A stretch of DNA of 64,000 bases from Pseudomonas sp. (GTDB taxonomy: Bacteria; Pseudomonadota; Gammaproteobacteria; Pseudomonadales; Pseudomonadaceae): contig JAVESM010000008.1 in NCBI GenBank assembly GCA_034006605.1, forward strand, positions 34,081-98,080, given 5' to 3'. Both the position numbers and the translations under genes were made by a program. The notes under the pieces were generated by a model, which was not told the origin of the DNA, made no database searches, and worked only from the letters and a program-made list of their open reading frames with translations. Shown piece after piece: positions 18,601 through 28,184 of this stretch (its first letter is position 1; each line of letters opens with the position of its first letter).

Positions 18601-21321
18601 TTAAACCTCCTGCTTTTTCAAAAGAAGCAGACTTAAGCCGGTGAATGCTAAGAAAAAGCCTAGCAAAGCTAAACACTGTAGCCAAAGATCAGCTAAATCT
18701 AACGCTTTCGTAAAGGTGCCCACGGCAATATCTAGAAAATACCCAGCTGGAAATAAGATCCCCATGATCGCCGCACCACCATCCAGAGATGAGCGCGGAG
18801 TAATCAAACCGGAAAACTGAATGGTCGGCAACGTCGTCAAAATCATCGTGCCTAATATTGCCGCAATTTGCGTCTTAGTAATGGTTGAGACCAATAAACC
18901 AAAGCTTGTAGTCGCCAAAATATACAGCACGCCACCCACAGCCAAAGCAAAACCGCTACCTTTAAGCGGCACCTCGAACAACCAGCGATTAATTGCCACC
19001 AATAACGCCAAGTTAAGCAAACTCACCATTACATAGGGTGTTTGTTTACCGAGTAAAAACTCCAAACGGGTGAGTGGCGTAGCATAAAAGTTAGTAATCG
19101 AGCCCAGTTCTTTCTCACGCACCACACCCAAAGCCGTCAGCATCGCTGGGATAAATACTAAAATTAACGCCATTACCCCAGGACCAATCGCATTAACACT
19201 GACCACATCTTGGTTATAACGAAAGCGGGTTTCTAAGCGTGCTGATTGCGCCAAAGACGACACAGCAGCGCTGCCCTCGTCACTTAATCGCTGCAAGCTT
19301 TCTTGATGCACCGCTTCAACATAACTGCGGCTGGTTTCAGCACGAAATGGCATACCACCATCCAGCCAAACTCCCACTTCAGGCTGACGCCCAGCATACA
19401 AGTCACGACCAAAACCGGCAGGAATCTCAATCGCCAGTTTTATATCGGAACGCTGTAAACGCGCATGCAAATCCTGCATGTTTTCTAAGGGCGCACGCTC
19501 GGCAAAATAGCGTGAACCACGAAAAGCTTCTAAATAGGCGCGGCTTTGTGAGCTATTGTCTTGATCAAGTGTGGCAAAGGCTAAATCCTCCACGTCGAGA
19601 GAAATACCAAAGCCAAAAATAACCATCATAAACACTGCACCAAGTAAGGCAAAACCGAGGCGTACACGGTCACGCAACAGCTCTTTACTTTCACGGACGG
19701 CTAAGGCCTGTGTACGCTTTAAACTAAAGCCACGACGTGGAATTGTGGCTAATGCTTCAGTTTTGGTGCTGTGCAGTTCAGCTTGCTCAGCACTCAAGCC
19801 TTGCGCCTCTTGTAAGCAGGTAACAAACGCATCTTCAAGGGTCTCGCCGGCAAATTGCTTTTGCAACTCTAGCGGAGTGCCCACAGCCAATACTTTCGCC
19901 GCATGCATCAAAGAAATACGGTCACATCGCTCCGCTTCATTCATAAAGTGGGTGGACAAGAAAATCGTCACGCCCTGCTCACGCGACAACTCAAATAACA
20001 GTCGCCAAAAATCATCCCGCGCAGCAGGGTCAACACCCGAGGTGGGCTCATCTAAAATAAGCACTTCAGGCTCATGAATCACCGCCACCGCCAATGATAA
20101 ACGTTGACGCAAACCTAGAGGTAAAGCACCAGCTTGATCTTCAGCGTATTCCTCTAAGTCAAAACGTTTAATCAGCCGCTGTGTGCGCTGTTGACCTTCT
20201 GCTTTCGGAATATCAAATAAATGTGCGTGTAACTCCAAGTTCTGCCGCACACTCAACTCTCCGTATAAGGAAAAGCTTTGCGACATAAAACCCACGCGTT
20301 TACGCGTTGCAAGATCATTGGCATCCACCGACTTACCCAACAGCCACGCTTCGCCTTCACTGGCGGGGAGCAAACCGGTTAACACCTTCATGGTGGTGGT
20401 CTTACCACAACCGTTAGAACCTAAAAAGCCAAAAATCTCACCGCGCTCAATCTCAAAGCTGACCTTATTCACAGCAGTAAAATCACCAAAACGCAGGGTT
20501 AAATCTGTAGCTTTAATCGCCACCTCATGCGTATCGCTCGAAAAAGGTGTTATTTTTAGCGGTTCAGGCGCGGCGACGCCAGCACCTTGGAAATAGGTGA
20601 AAGCATCATCCAGCTTAGCGCTTGGCGTACTTTTCGCCAGCTCATCGGTACAACCAGAAGCAATAATGCGGCCGCGATCAAGCATCAAGCAGTGTTCAAA
20701 TTGCGCGGCTTCTTCCATATAAGCAGTAGCAACCAGCAGGGTCAGATGCGGCCGGTCACTGCGGACCTGTTCAATTAAATCCCAGAAATGACGGCGCGAT
20801 AAAGGGTCAACACCGGTGGTCGGTTCATCAAGAATCAGCAGATCAGGATCATGAATCAGCGCGCAACATAAACCCAGTTTCTGCTTCATCCCTCCCGATA
20901 ATTTACCAGCGGGACGATCAGCGAAAGCGGTTAAATCCGTCGCAGCCAGCAAGCTGGCCATTCGTATCTCACGCTCAGCACGCTGCAAACCAAATAAGGT
21001 TGCGAAGAAACGGATATTTTCTTTAATCGATAAATCAGGGTACAGATTGTGCCCTAAACCTTGCGGCATAAACGCAATACGCTGGTATAGGGAGGAGCGA
21101 TGTCGACGCTGATCAATGGGGCCACCGAGTACATCCAGTTGGCCTTTCTGCAGAATTTTTACCCCGGCAATGAGACCAAGCAAGCTCGACTTACCCGCAC
21201 CGTCAGGGCCAATCAAACCGCAACGGCTGCCCACTGGCAAACTAAAGCTGACATCCTCTAACGCACGCTGCTTGCCATAACGATGAGAAATATTGACGGC
21301 ATTAATTACTTCTGTGCTCAT
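18601..21321 (-). CDS. fused ABC ATPase-ATPase-permease (RbbA/YhiH-like)
   Basis: 906 aa. Two ABC cassettes (GPDGAGKSS...LSGGMKQK...ILDEPT; GSNGCGKTT...LPLGLRQR...ILDEPT) followed by an ABC-2 membrane domain. Confidence 0.85.
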   Translation of the reverse strand: MSTEVINAVNISHRYGKQRALEDVSFSLPVGSRCGLIGPDGAGKSSLLGLIAGVKILQKGQLDVLGGPIDQRRHRSSLYQRIAFMPQGLGHNLYPDLSIKENIRFFATLFGLQRAEREIRMASLLAATDLTAFADRPAGKLSGGMKQKLGLCCALIHDPDLLILDEPTTGVDPLSRRHFWDLIEQVRSDRPHLTLLVATAYMEEAAQFEHCLMLDRGRIIASGCTDELAKSTPSAKLDDAFTYFQGAGVAAPEPLKITPFSSDTHEVAIKATDLTLRFGDFTAVNKVSFEIERGEIFGFLGSNGCGKTTTMKVLTGLLPASEGEAWLLGKSVDANDLATRKRVGFMSQSFSLYGELSVRQNLELHAHLFDIPKAEGQQRTQRLIKRFDLEEYAEDQAGALPLGLRQRLSLAVAVIHEPEVLILDEPTSGVDPAARDDFWRLLFELSREQGVTIFLSTHFMNEAERCDRISLMHAAKVLAVGTPLELQKQFAGETLEDAFVTCLQEAQGLSAEQAELHSTKTEALATIPRRGFSLKRTQALAVRESKELLRDRVRLGFALLGAVFMMVIFGFGISLDVEDLAFATLDQDNSSQSRAYLEAFRGSRYFAERAPLENMQDLHARLQRSDIKLAIEIPAGFGRDLYAGRQPEVGVWLDGGMPFRAETSRSYVEAVHQESLQRLSDEGSAAVSSLAQSARLETRFRYNQDVVSVNAIGPGVMALILVFIPAMLTALGVVREKELGSITNFYATPLTRLEFLLGKQTPYVMVSLLNLALLVAINRWLFEVPLKGSGFALAVGGVLYILATTSFGLLVSTITKTQIAAILGTMILTTLPTIQFSGLITPRSSLDGGAAIMGILFPAGYFLDIAVGTFTKALDLADLWLQCLALLGFFLAFTGLSLLLLKKQEV

Positions 21322-21435
21322 GCTTTACCTAACAACCCAATCCATTTCTGCCGAATGCAGTGATCTTGTAACAGTGTCCAGCGCTGGCTGTTTATTCAAT
21401 GATTCGTTGGGCGGACTATGAGCAGCACAGCAAAC

Positions 21436-22404
21436 TTACTGCATCGACTCAGGCCAACTCACATCGACAGCACGACGTACGTACGCAGAACCCGGCATAC
21501 CCGGCTTTGCTTGCGGTACTGCAGCAGGATCAGTCAGGCGCAATTTAACCCGAAACACTAATTTCTGGCGCTCATCACGCGTTTCCACTTCTTTTGGCGT
21601 GAACTGTGCTTTGGCCGCGACAAACGCCACTTGTGCAGGCAGCGGCTGTTCGCGTAAAGCATCAAGAACAATCCGAGCTTCATCACCCGCCGCTAAACGT
21701 CCAGCCAAAGCAGAAGGCAGATACACATTCATATATTGATCAGAAGGATCAATTAATAAAAATACGCGTCCACCAGCACCCAGCACTTCACCCGGCTCAG
21801 CTAAACGTAATTGCACAATACCATTCATCGGTGCGCGTAAACTGCTGTCATCAATCTCACTGGTTAATTGCGCCACCATAGCCTCGGCTGCAGCAATCGC
21901 CGCTTGTGCCGCTTGCACTTGCGCTTTGGATGCCTCTAAAGCCGCTGAAGACGTATCAAAGCGCGCTTGTTGCTGATCAATTTGCTGACCACTGGCGTGG
22001 CCACGCTCATACAACTCACGAAACCGTTTCAAGTCCTGCTGCGCTAAACGACGCTCACTCTCGCGCAAATGCACTGTGGCTTGCGCAGACGCCACGTTCT
22101 CACGTGCACGTAAGACTTCAGACTGTGCTTGATTACGCTGCGCTTCTAAAGTGCGCGTATCAACGCGCGCTAACAACTGCCCGGCACTGACACGATCACC
22201 CTCAGCAACCAGCACCTCAGCTAAACGACCAGGATACTTAGTCGCCACTTGTACTTCTGTGGCCTCCAAACGGCCATTCGCCTCATAAATACCCTCAGGT
22301 AAACGATCTTGCAGCGACTTCCAATAACCAAAACCACCCGCTGCCAGCAATGCAATCAATAAAGGTGCAATAAATAAACGAGAAGGCTTTTTATGCGTAG
22401 ACAT
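21436..22404 (-). CDS. HlyD-family membrane-fusion/periplasmic adaptor protein (YhiI/YbhG-like)
   Basis: N-terminal anchor, a long coiled-coil (QAQVQAAQAAIAAAEA) and beta-barrel regions. First gene of the 3-gene exporter operon. I prefer the start at MSTHKKP (22404) over the track start at 22443. Confidence 0.8.
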   Translation of the reverse strand: MSTHKKPSRLFIAPLLIALLAAGGFGYWKSLQDRLPEGIYEANGRLEATEVQVATKYPGRLAEVLVAEGDRVSAGQLLARVDTRTLEAQRNQAQSEVLRARENVASAQATVHLRESERRLAQQDLKRFRELYERGHASGQQIDQQQARFDTSSAALEASKAQVQAAQAAIAAAEAMVAQLTSEIDDSSLRAPMNGIVQLRLAEPGEVLGAGGRVFLLIDPSDQYMNVYLPSALAGRLAAGDEARIVLDALREQPLPAQVAFVAAKAQFTPKEVETRDERQKLVFRVKLRLTDPAAVPQAKPGMPGSAYVRRAVDVSWPESMQ

Positions 22405-22788
22405 GCTTGCTCCTAGCAAGTGGAAATAATGCAATGAGCGCAAAGGTGCCGTACATTATTTAGAAAAACCATAACTAAAATTGAACACTCGCGAATATTT
22501 CAGTCTTTTTAATTTCTGCAATACCCATTAAGCATAAACAATTGTACATCCTGCACCTCTGTCGTCTAGACGCAATTGAATCGTTTATCGATGAAAAGAT
22601 TGATCTAGACAACTGCCATGCAGCTTTTAAAAAAATAACAATACAATTTGAACTTCTTTGAGAAAACGCAATCTGCATCAACTAGCGATTAGCATCACAC
22701 ATTTTTTAGGGCACAAAATTAAACGGTTGCCCTCACACTCGTTGTATCAGCGGCGTTATACAAGCGCCTGCCGAAAAGGGCGGCATCT

Positions 22789-22956
22789 ATGCAAAAGAAA
22801 CCTGATTTACTATGGATTTTGGCAATTATATTCAGTTTAGGGGTCGTCACAACGGGCTATACCCAAAGTTTATGGGAGCAACCTGCTGTAGATAAAGCGA
22901 CTGCCACATACAGAGCACAAACTATCTTGGCACCGCATACCAACCCTGATCACTAA
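22789..22956 (+). CDS. possible 55-aa small membrane/secreted protein (below the 60-aa ORF-track cutoff)
   Basis: ATG about 8 nt after AAGGG. The translation is MQKKPDLLWILAIIFSLGVVTTGYTQSLWEQPAVDKATATYRAQTILAPHTNPDH: basic N-terminus plus one hydrophobic helix. The last 35 nt overlap the convergent 3' end of the cyclo-ligase gene. Confidence 0.3.
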   Translation: MQKKPDLLWILAIIFSLGVVTTGYTQSLWEQPAVDKATATYRAQTILAPHTNPDH

Positions 22957-23530
22957 CGACTGCATTCAACGGCACATCCCACGCCGCCACTGCGAGCTGC
23001 TCAACCCGCTGGCAGTCATGCGCTAAACCAATACGCTGCGGTGTCGTTAAATGATCCCGCTGATGCAACTCAGCAAAACAACGATCATAAAAACCACCGC
23101 CCATCCCCAGTCGGCCACCCTGCTGATCAAAGCCAACCAACGGCAAAAAAACCGCATCCAATGCCCACGCAGCACGCTGATCAGCCACACACCAACGTGG
23201 CTGCAGAATACCAAAACGATTTTTTTCCCACTGCTGAACTGGCCGTACGCGCTGAAACACCATCGCGGTTTTTGGCCAACGGGCTAATACTGGTAGATAC
23301 ACATGCTTACCGCGCCGCCATGCCTCACGCATTAGCAAGACCGGGTCAATTTCACCATCACTGGCAAGGTACAAAGCAATATGTTGGGCGCGACGAAAGA
23401 GCGGATGCTGAGCCAGCTGTTGATACAGTTGCTGAGCCGCTTGTTGTTGTTGGGAGGTCGATAAACTGCGCCGCTTGTTACGCAATAATTGACGTAACTG
23501 TGCTCGGGTCAAAAAAGTATTGTCATGCAT
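22922..23530 (-). CDS. 5-formyltetrahydrofolate cyclo-ligase
   Basis: GGGFYDR motif and about 200 aa length. Position immediately 3' of ssrS matches E. coli ssrS-ygfA. Start moved to ATG 23530 (MHDNTF...) because the track N-terminus (to 23566) reads through the 3' arm of 6S RNA. Confidence 0.8.
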   Translation of the reverse strand: MHDNTFLTRAQLRQLLRNKRRSLSTSQQQQAAQQLYQQLAQHPLFRRAQHIALYLASDGEIDPVLLMREAWRRGKHVYLPVLARWPKTAMVFQRVRPVQQWEKNRFGILQPRWCVADQRAAWALDAVFLPLVGFDQQGGRLGMGGGFYDRCFAELHQRDHLTTPQRIGLAHDCQRVEQLAVAAWDVPLNAVVSDQGWYAVPR

Positions 23531-23537
23531 TAAAATA

Positions 23538-23718
23538 AGACTCCCCGGATGTGCCGCTGTCGACATAGCCCTTGAACCCGAAAGTTCAAGGTGGAGATTA
23601 CGTCAGACCTTTAGGCTTTCCGCAAGCGGACATGCTCACCAATCTAAAAATGTAACCTCCGAGTTGGTGTGAATCGGCTCAGGGACGTAGCCCACTGGCG
23701 CACACACTAGGGAGACAC
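23538..23718 (-). ncRNA. ssrS: 6S RNA
   Basis: The minus strand contains the conserved 6S blocks CCCTGAGCCGAT, GGTGAGCATG and CACCTTGAAC...GGGTTCAAGGG in E. coli order and spacing. The 5' GTCTCCC...GTGTGC pairs with the 3' GCACA...GGGGAG closing stem. It sits between zapA and the cyclo-ligase gene. Ends are approximate. Confidence 0.85.
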
Positions 23719-23722
23719 TTTT

Positions 23723-23750
23723 AGTATACACGGATCTTCCAACGCCTCAA
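23723..23750 (-). promoter_or_regulatory. sigma-70 promoter of ssrS
   Basis: The minus strand reads TTGAGG-16 nt-TATACT, ending about 5-8 nt before the predicted 6S 5' end and just after the zapA stop codon. Confidence 0.5.
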
Positions 23751-23757
23751 GGGCGCA

Positions 23758-24054
23758 TCATTCATCGGTATCTAAAGTTTGCTGGACGCGGTTTAGTAAC
23801 AACTGGATTTGCGCAGTGTCATCCGCAGACGGCACATCATTGTGTTGCTGACGGTGCAGTTCATGGGTGATATTCAATGCAGCCATAACCGCAATTCGCT
23901 CAGCGCCAATCACTTTACCAGAGCGTCGAATTTCACGCATTTTCTTATCCAAGTACTCAGCCGCCCGCTCCAGATTAGTACTTTCCGAAACCGGACAAGC
24001 AATATGGTAGTCCTTATCCAAAATATGCACAGTCACCGTCTGCGATTGAGTCAT
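23758..24054 (-). CDS. zapA: cell-division protein ZapA
   Basis: 98 aa. VTVHILDKDYHIACP N-terminus and a C-terminal coiled coil. Conserved position upstream of ssrS. Confidence 0.85.
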   Translation of the reverse strand: MTQSQTVTVHILDKDYHIACPVSESTNLERAAEYLDKKMREIRRSGKVIGAERIAVMAALNITHELHRQQHNDVPSADDTAQIQLLLNRVQQTLDTDE

Positions 24055-24257
24055 GAATCCTGCTCCAATGCTTTGAGTCGAGAAATCATAGCTTCGACTT
24101 TTTGTCGAGCTACTTCATTTTTTTCTATAAGCAACACGCGCTCTTCACGCAACGCTTTATTTTGTGCTTTAAGTTCAGTGTTCCGTTGAATCAGTTGCTC
24201 AACGGCCAGCACCAAGGCTTGCAAATCAGTATTTTTCACCAGCCCTCCAGTCATCAC
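24051..24257 (-). CDS. small coiled-coil protein (ZapB-like / TIGR02449-type)
   Basis: 68 aa, almost entirely heptad-repeat coiled coil (ELKAQNKALREERVLLIEKNEVARQKVEAMISRLKALE). ATGA overlap with zapA. Confidence 0.6.
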   Translation of the reverse strand: MMTGGLVKNTDLQALVLAVEQLIQRNTELKAQNKALREERVLLIEKNEVARQKVEAMISRLKALEQDS

Positions 24258-24560
24258 TTGGTCATATCAGACAGCCATCATGCTTGTTATTCTAGCGCCC
24301 GCCCGCCATCGCGCACAGTGCTACAAGGCACATCTAAGAAATAAACTTAAACACGCGCTCCCACCTCACAAGGCATCCTGCGCCACTCAAATTAACGGGT
24401 GCCTTATAGGTTGCGATACAGACAGCTATTACGTAAGAAAAGTTGTCGACGGGCTGCAAATATCACTGTTTAGCAGCATACTGAACAACACGATATACTT
24501 GCACGCATAACCTTAACGACCACTAAAGCCACTTATCAGTTCCATCACTACGGATTTTTC

Positions 24561-25127
24561 ATGCCTCAATCTCAATCTGCTTACACCTCATTTGCCGCTT
24601 TATTGAACACCAGTGGCCATCCTGTCTCCCCTGCTGAATTGCAAGGTTTACTCTTGGGCCGCTGCTGTTCTGGCGCCGGCTTTACTGCACCCGGCTGGCT
24701 CGAAGAAGCACAAGACTTGTTCGACAGCGAAATCCCTAGCAGCTTGCATGCGGCATTACTGGGCCTACAAGAAATGGTTAAAGCAGAGTTACTGGCAGAG
24801 AGTAGCGTATCGTTAACGCTGCTCTTACCTAATGATGATGAACCATTAGCAGAGCGCACGCGTGCGGTTGGTCAATGGGCGCAAGGCTTCTTAAGCGGCT
24901 TTGGCGGCAATATTGGCAACACTGAACTGTCTAAAGATGTACGCGAGATTCTCGAAGACTTAATCTCCATCGCGCAAATTCAGCCTGATGAGGAAGAAGA
25001 TGAAGACGGCGAAGTCGCCTATATGGAAATCAACGAGTATCTGCGTGTAGCGCCTTTATTCATATTTACCGAATGCGCTGATTACATCCCACCGAGTACC
25101 GATGAAGAAACACCCGCCGTACACTAA
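24561..25127 (+). CDS. ygfB: UPF0149 family protein YgfB
   Basis: 188 aa with an acidic C-terminal half (DEEEDEDGE). Conserved location upstream of pepP-ubiH. Confidence 0.75.
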   Translation: MPQSQSAYTSFAALLNTSGHPVSPAELQGLLLGRCCSGAGFTAPGWLEEAQDLFDSEIPSSLHAALLGLQEMVKAELLAESSVSLTLLLPNDDEPLAERTRAVGQWAQGFLSGFGGNIGNTELSKDVREILEDLISIAQIQPDEEEDEDGEVAYMEINEYLRVAPLFIFTECADYIPPSTDEETPAVH

Positions 25128-25145
25128 ATTAAGGATTTACAGCAT

Positions 25146-26480
25146 ATGAGCTCAATCAGCATGTCTGAATACGCCCAACGCCGCCAGCAACTGATGCAAC
25201 GCATGACGCCCAATAGCATTGCTATTTTACCGGCCGCTGCCATCAGTACGCGTAACAGCAGCGTTGAATACCCGTATCGACAACACAGTGACTTTTTTTA
25301 CTTGTCAGGCTTTGCTGAGCCTGAAGCCGTGCTGGTGTTAATCCCGAAACGTGAGCACGGAGAATTTATTTTATTTTGCCGTGAACGTAATCCTGAACGC
25401 GAGCTGTGGGAAGGTTTAAGGGCCGGTCAAGAAGGGGCGCTAGCCGACTACCAAGCCGACGATGCTTTCCCGATTAATGACATTGATGACATTTTGCCCG
25501 GCTTAATTGAAGGCCGTGAGCGCGTCTATTATTCGATCGGTAATAATTCAGAATTCGATCAGCAAATGATGGAATGGCTCAATAGCATTCGCAGCAAAGC
25601 ACGCATGGGCGCACAGCCGCCAGAAGAGTTCGTGGTGCTTGACCACCTGCTACACGAGGCCCGTTTGTACAAAAGCCCTGCAGAAATCGCCACCATGCAA
25701 CAAGCAGCCGATATTTCTTGCCACGCGCACATCCGTGCGATGCAAGCGTCTAAGCCCGGTCTTTATGAATACCACTTGGAAGCCGAGTTGGATTATGCGT
25801 TTCGTAAAGGTGGCGCGCGATTGCCAGCCTATTCATCAATTGTTGCCAGTGGCAAAAACGCCTGCATTCTGCATTACACAGAAAACCATGCACCGCTGCA
25901 GGATGGCGCTTTAGTGCTGATTGATGCCGGTTGCGAAATCGACTGCTATGCCAGCGATATCACCCGCACCTTCCCCGTCAATGGCCGCTTCAGCACCGAG
26001 CAAAAAGCCATTTATGAAATCGTGCTGCAAGCTAACCTAGAAGCGATGAATTATATTTCGCCCAAGCACCGCTGGAATGATGCCCATGATGCTACGGTAC
26101 GCGTGATCACCGCTGGTCTATTAGCGCTTGGTTTGCTGCAGGGCGAATTAGACGAGCTGATTAAAAGCGAAGCCTACAAGCCTTTTTACATGCACCGCGC
26201 GGGGCATTGGCTCGGCTTAGACGTACATGATGTCGGCGATTACAAGGTCAACGGCCAATGGCGTATGCTAGAAGCAGGCATGACCATGACCGTTGAACCG
26301 GGTATTTATATTGCAATAGACAACCTTACTGTCCCCGCACAATGGCGCGGTATTGGCGTACGTATTGAAGATGATGTAGTGGTAAGCGCAAACGGCTGCC
26401 AAGTCCTAACCAATGCTGTACCCAAAACAGTGACAGCAATTGAAGCATTAATGGCCGCCGCACAGTCAGCAGGAGCTTAA
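25146..26480 (+). CDS. pepP: Xaa-Pro aminopeptidase (aminopeptidase P)
   Basis: 444 aa. M24B metal ligands in context (LIDAGCE..YASDITRT, HWLGLDVHD, TVEPG, IRIEDD). Confidence 0.9.
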   Translation: MSSISMSEYAQRRQQLMQRMTPNSIAILPAAAISTRNSSVEYPYRQHSDFFYLSGFAEPEAVLVLIPKREHGEFILFCRERNPERELWEGLRAGQEGALADYQADDAFPINDIDDILPGLIEGRERVYYSIGNNSEFDQQMMEWLNSIRSKARMGAQPPEEFVVLDHLLHEARLYKSPAEIATMQQAADISCHAHIRAMQASKPGLYEYHLEAELDYAFRKGGARLPAYSSIVASGKNACILHYTENHAPLQDGALVLIDAGCEIDCYASDITRTFPVNGRFSTEQKAIYEIVLQANLEAMNYISPKHRWNDAHDATVRVITAGLLALGLLQGELDELIKSEAYKPFYMHRAGHWLGLDVHDVGDYKVNGQWRMLEAGMTMTVEPGIYIAIDNLTVPAQWRGIGVRIEDDVVVSANGCQVLTNAVPKTVTAIEALMAAAQSAGA

Positions 26481-26483
26481 GCC

Positions 26484-27680
26484 ATGAGCCGAGTGCAGAT
26501 CGCAATTATTGGTGGCGGCTTAGTCGGCGCCAGCCTTGCTTTAGCGCTACAAGCAGGGGCACGTGAACGACAATGGAAAATTGTTCTGATTGAGCCCTAT
26601 GCGCCCGGTGACAGTTATCAACCCAGTTATGATGCGCGCGCTTCGGCTTTATCTTATGGCAGTCAGCAAATTTATCAGCGCTTAGGGCTCTGGCCAGCAA
26701 TTGCCCCACGCGCTGAAGCCATCACCCATATTCATATTTCTGATCGCGGACGTTTTGCAGCAGCACGCATCAGTGCGACAGAAGAAGGCGTACCGGCACT
26801 GGGTTACGTTGTCGAAAATGCGTGGCTTGGTCATTGTCTATGGGCGGCCTTGGACAGTCGTGTCGTCGAATGGCGCTGCCCGGCTCGCGTTGAGCAAATG
26901 CAAGCACTCCACGATGGCTACCGATTAAGTTTAGATGATGGCAGCAGTCTCGATTGCGATTTAGCAATTTTAGCCGACGGCGGCCGTTCCGGACTGCGCG
27001 AACAACTGGGCATTCACGCTCAAACAACACCCTACGGACAAAGCGCCTTAATCAGCAATATCAGCACATCAAAGGCGCATCAAGGCTTTGCCTTTGAACG
27101 TTTCACTGATGATGGTCCAATGGCCTTATTGCCACTGGCCGATAACCGCAGCGTATTAATTTGGACGCGTAAGCCAGAAGAAGCGCAACGCCTCTATGGG
27201 TTAGCCGATAAGCAATTTCTGCAAGAGTTGCAAGCCTGCTTTGGTTACCGCCTTGGTGCTATACAACACGTTGGTAGCCGTCACTTATACCCTTTAAGTC
27301 TCGTCGAAAGCCACGAGCAGATACGCACTCACTTAGCTGTCTTGGGTAACGCGGCACACAGCCTGCACCCCGTTGCCGGACAAGGTTACAACTTGTCTTT
27401 ACGCGATAGCATGGCATTAGCCGACTGTTTATTAACAGGACCTCAGATACCGGGAGATTTGGCTACTCTGCAACGCTTTCAAAACAACCAACAACTTGAT
27501 CAAGATCTCACCATTGGCTTTTCTGATCGGGTCACGCGTTTATTTTCTACAGGCCAATCTTTCATAGCCAGCGGGCGTAATTTGGGTTTGCTGAGCCTTG
27601 ATCTACTACCACCGGCCAAACACTGGTTTGCGCGCCAAGCCATGGGGCTGGGCGTACGCGGGATACAGGATAATACTTAA
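26484..27680 (+). CDS. ubiH: 2-octaprenyl-6-methoxyphenol hydroxylase (FAD-dependent, UbiH family)
   Basis: N-terminal GxGxxG (IIGGGLVGAS), DG motif (ILADGGRS) and LGNAAHSLHPVAGQGYNL. Follows pepP as in E. coli and Pseudomonas. Confidence 0.82.
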   Translation: MSRVQIAIIGGGLVGASLALALQAGARERQWKIVLIEPYAPGDSYQPSYDARASALSYGSQQIYQRLGLWPAIAPRAEAITHIHISDRGRFAAARISATEEGVPALGYVVENAWLGHCLWAALDSRVVEWRCPARVEQMQALHDGYRLSLDDGSSLDCDLAILADGGRSGLREQLGIHAQTTPYGQSALISNISTSKAHQGFAFERFTDDGPMALLPLADNRSVLIWTRKPEEAQRLYGLADKQFLQELQACFGYRLGAIQHVGSRHLYPLSLVESHEQIRTHLAVLGNAAHSLHPVAGQGYNLSLRDSMALADCLLTGPQIPGDLATLQRFQNNQQLDQDLTIGFSDRVTRLFSTGQSFIASGRNLGLLSLDLLPPAKHWFARQAMGLGVRGIQDNT

Positions 27681-27682
27681 GA

Positions 27683-28174
27683 ATGCACACTAAAAAGCTG
27701 GCGCGTAAGGCTCGATTTTTACGCTGGGCAATGAATATTTATCCGCCTTATTTAGGTGCTGGCGTAAAAGTGCGTCATATCAGCCCAGACTTTCGCGAAG
27801 TGCAGGTGAGTATGGGTTTAACTTGGTACAACCGCAATTATGTAGGCACCCAGTTTGGTGGCTCACTGTATTCGCTAACCGATCCTTTTTATATGTTGAT
27901 GCTGATGGAAAACCTCGGTCGTGACTACATTGTCTGGGACAAAGCATCGCATATTGAATTTATCAGCCCAGGCAAAGGGACAGTGCATACCGAGTTTAAA
28001 ATTGACGAAGATATGCTCAACAACATTCGTGAATTGACAGCCTCAGGCGAGAAATATCTACCAACATATACAGTCGTGATACGCGATGACCACGGCACAT
28101 TGGTCGCGCAGGTAGAAAAAACCTTATACATCCGGCGCAAACCTCAAACGCAGCTTGCTGGCGCCACAGCCTAG
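27683..28174 (+). CDS. DUF4442-like hot-dog-fold protein
   Basis: 163 aa. IYPPYLGAGVKV...QFGGSLYSLTDPFYMLM resembles the DUF4442 family as I remember it. Sandwiched between the two Ubi hydroxylase genes. Confidence 0.6.
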   Translation: MHTKKLARKARFLRWAMNIYPPYLGAGVKVRHISPDFREVQVSMGLTWYNRNYVGTQFGGSLYSLTDPFYMLMLMENLGRDYIVWDKASHIEFISPGKGTVHTEFKIDEDMLNNIRELTASGEKYLPTYTVVIRDDHGTLVAQVEKTLYIRRKPQTQLAGATA

Positions 28175-28184
28175 GATTTTTAAT

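Noticed and set aside
24280-24510. 76-aa ORF in the divergent spacer between the zapB-like gene and ygfB.
   Set aside because: It has no SD and its composition is like the surrounding non-coding DNA. It has no hydrophobic or structured features. The region is more likely the two divergent promoters.
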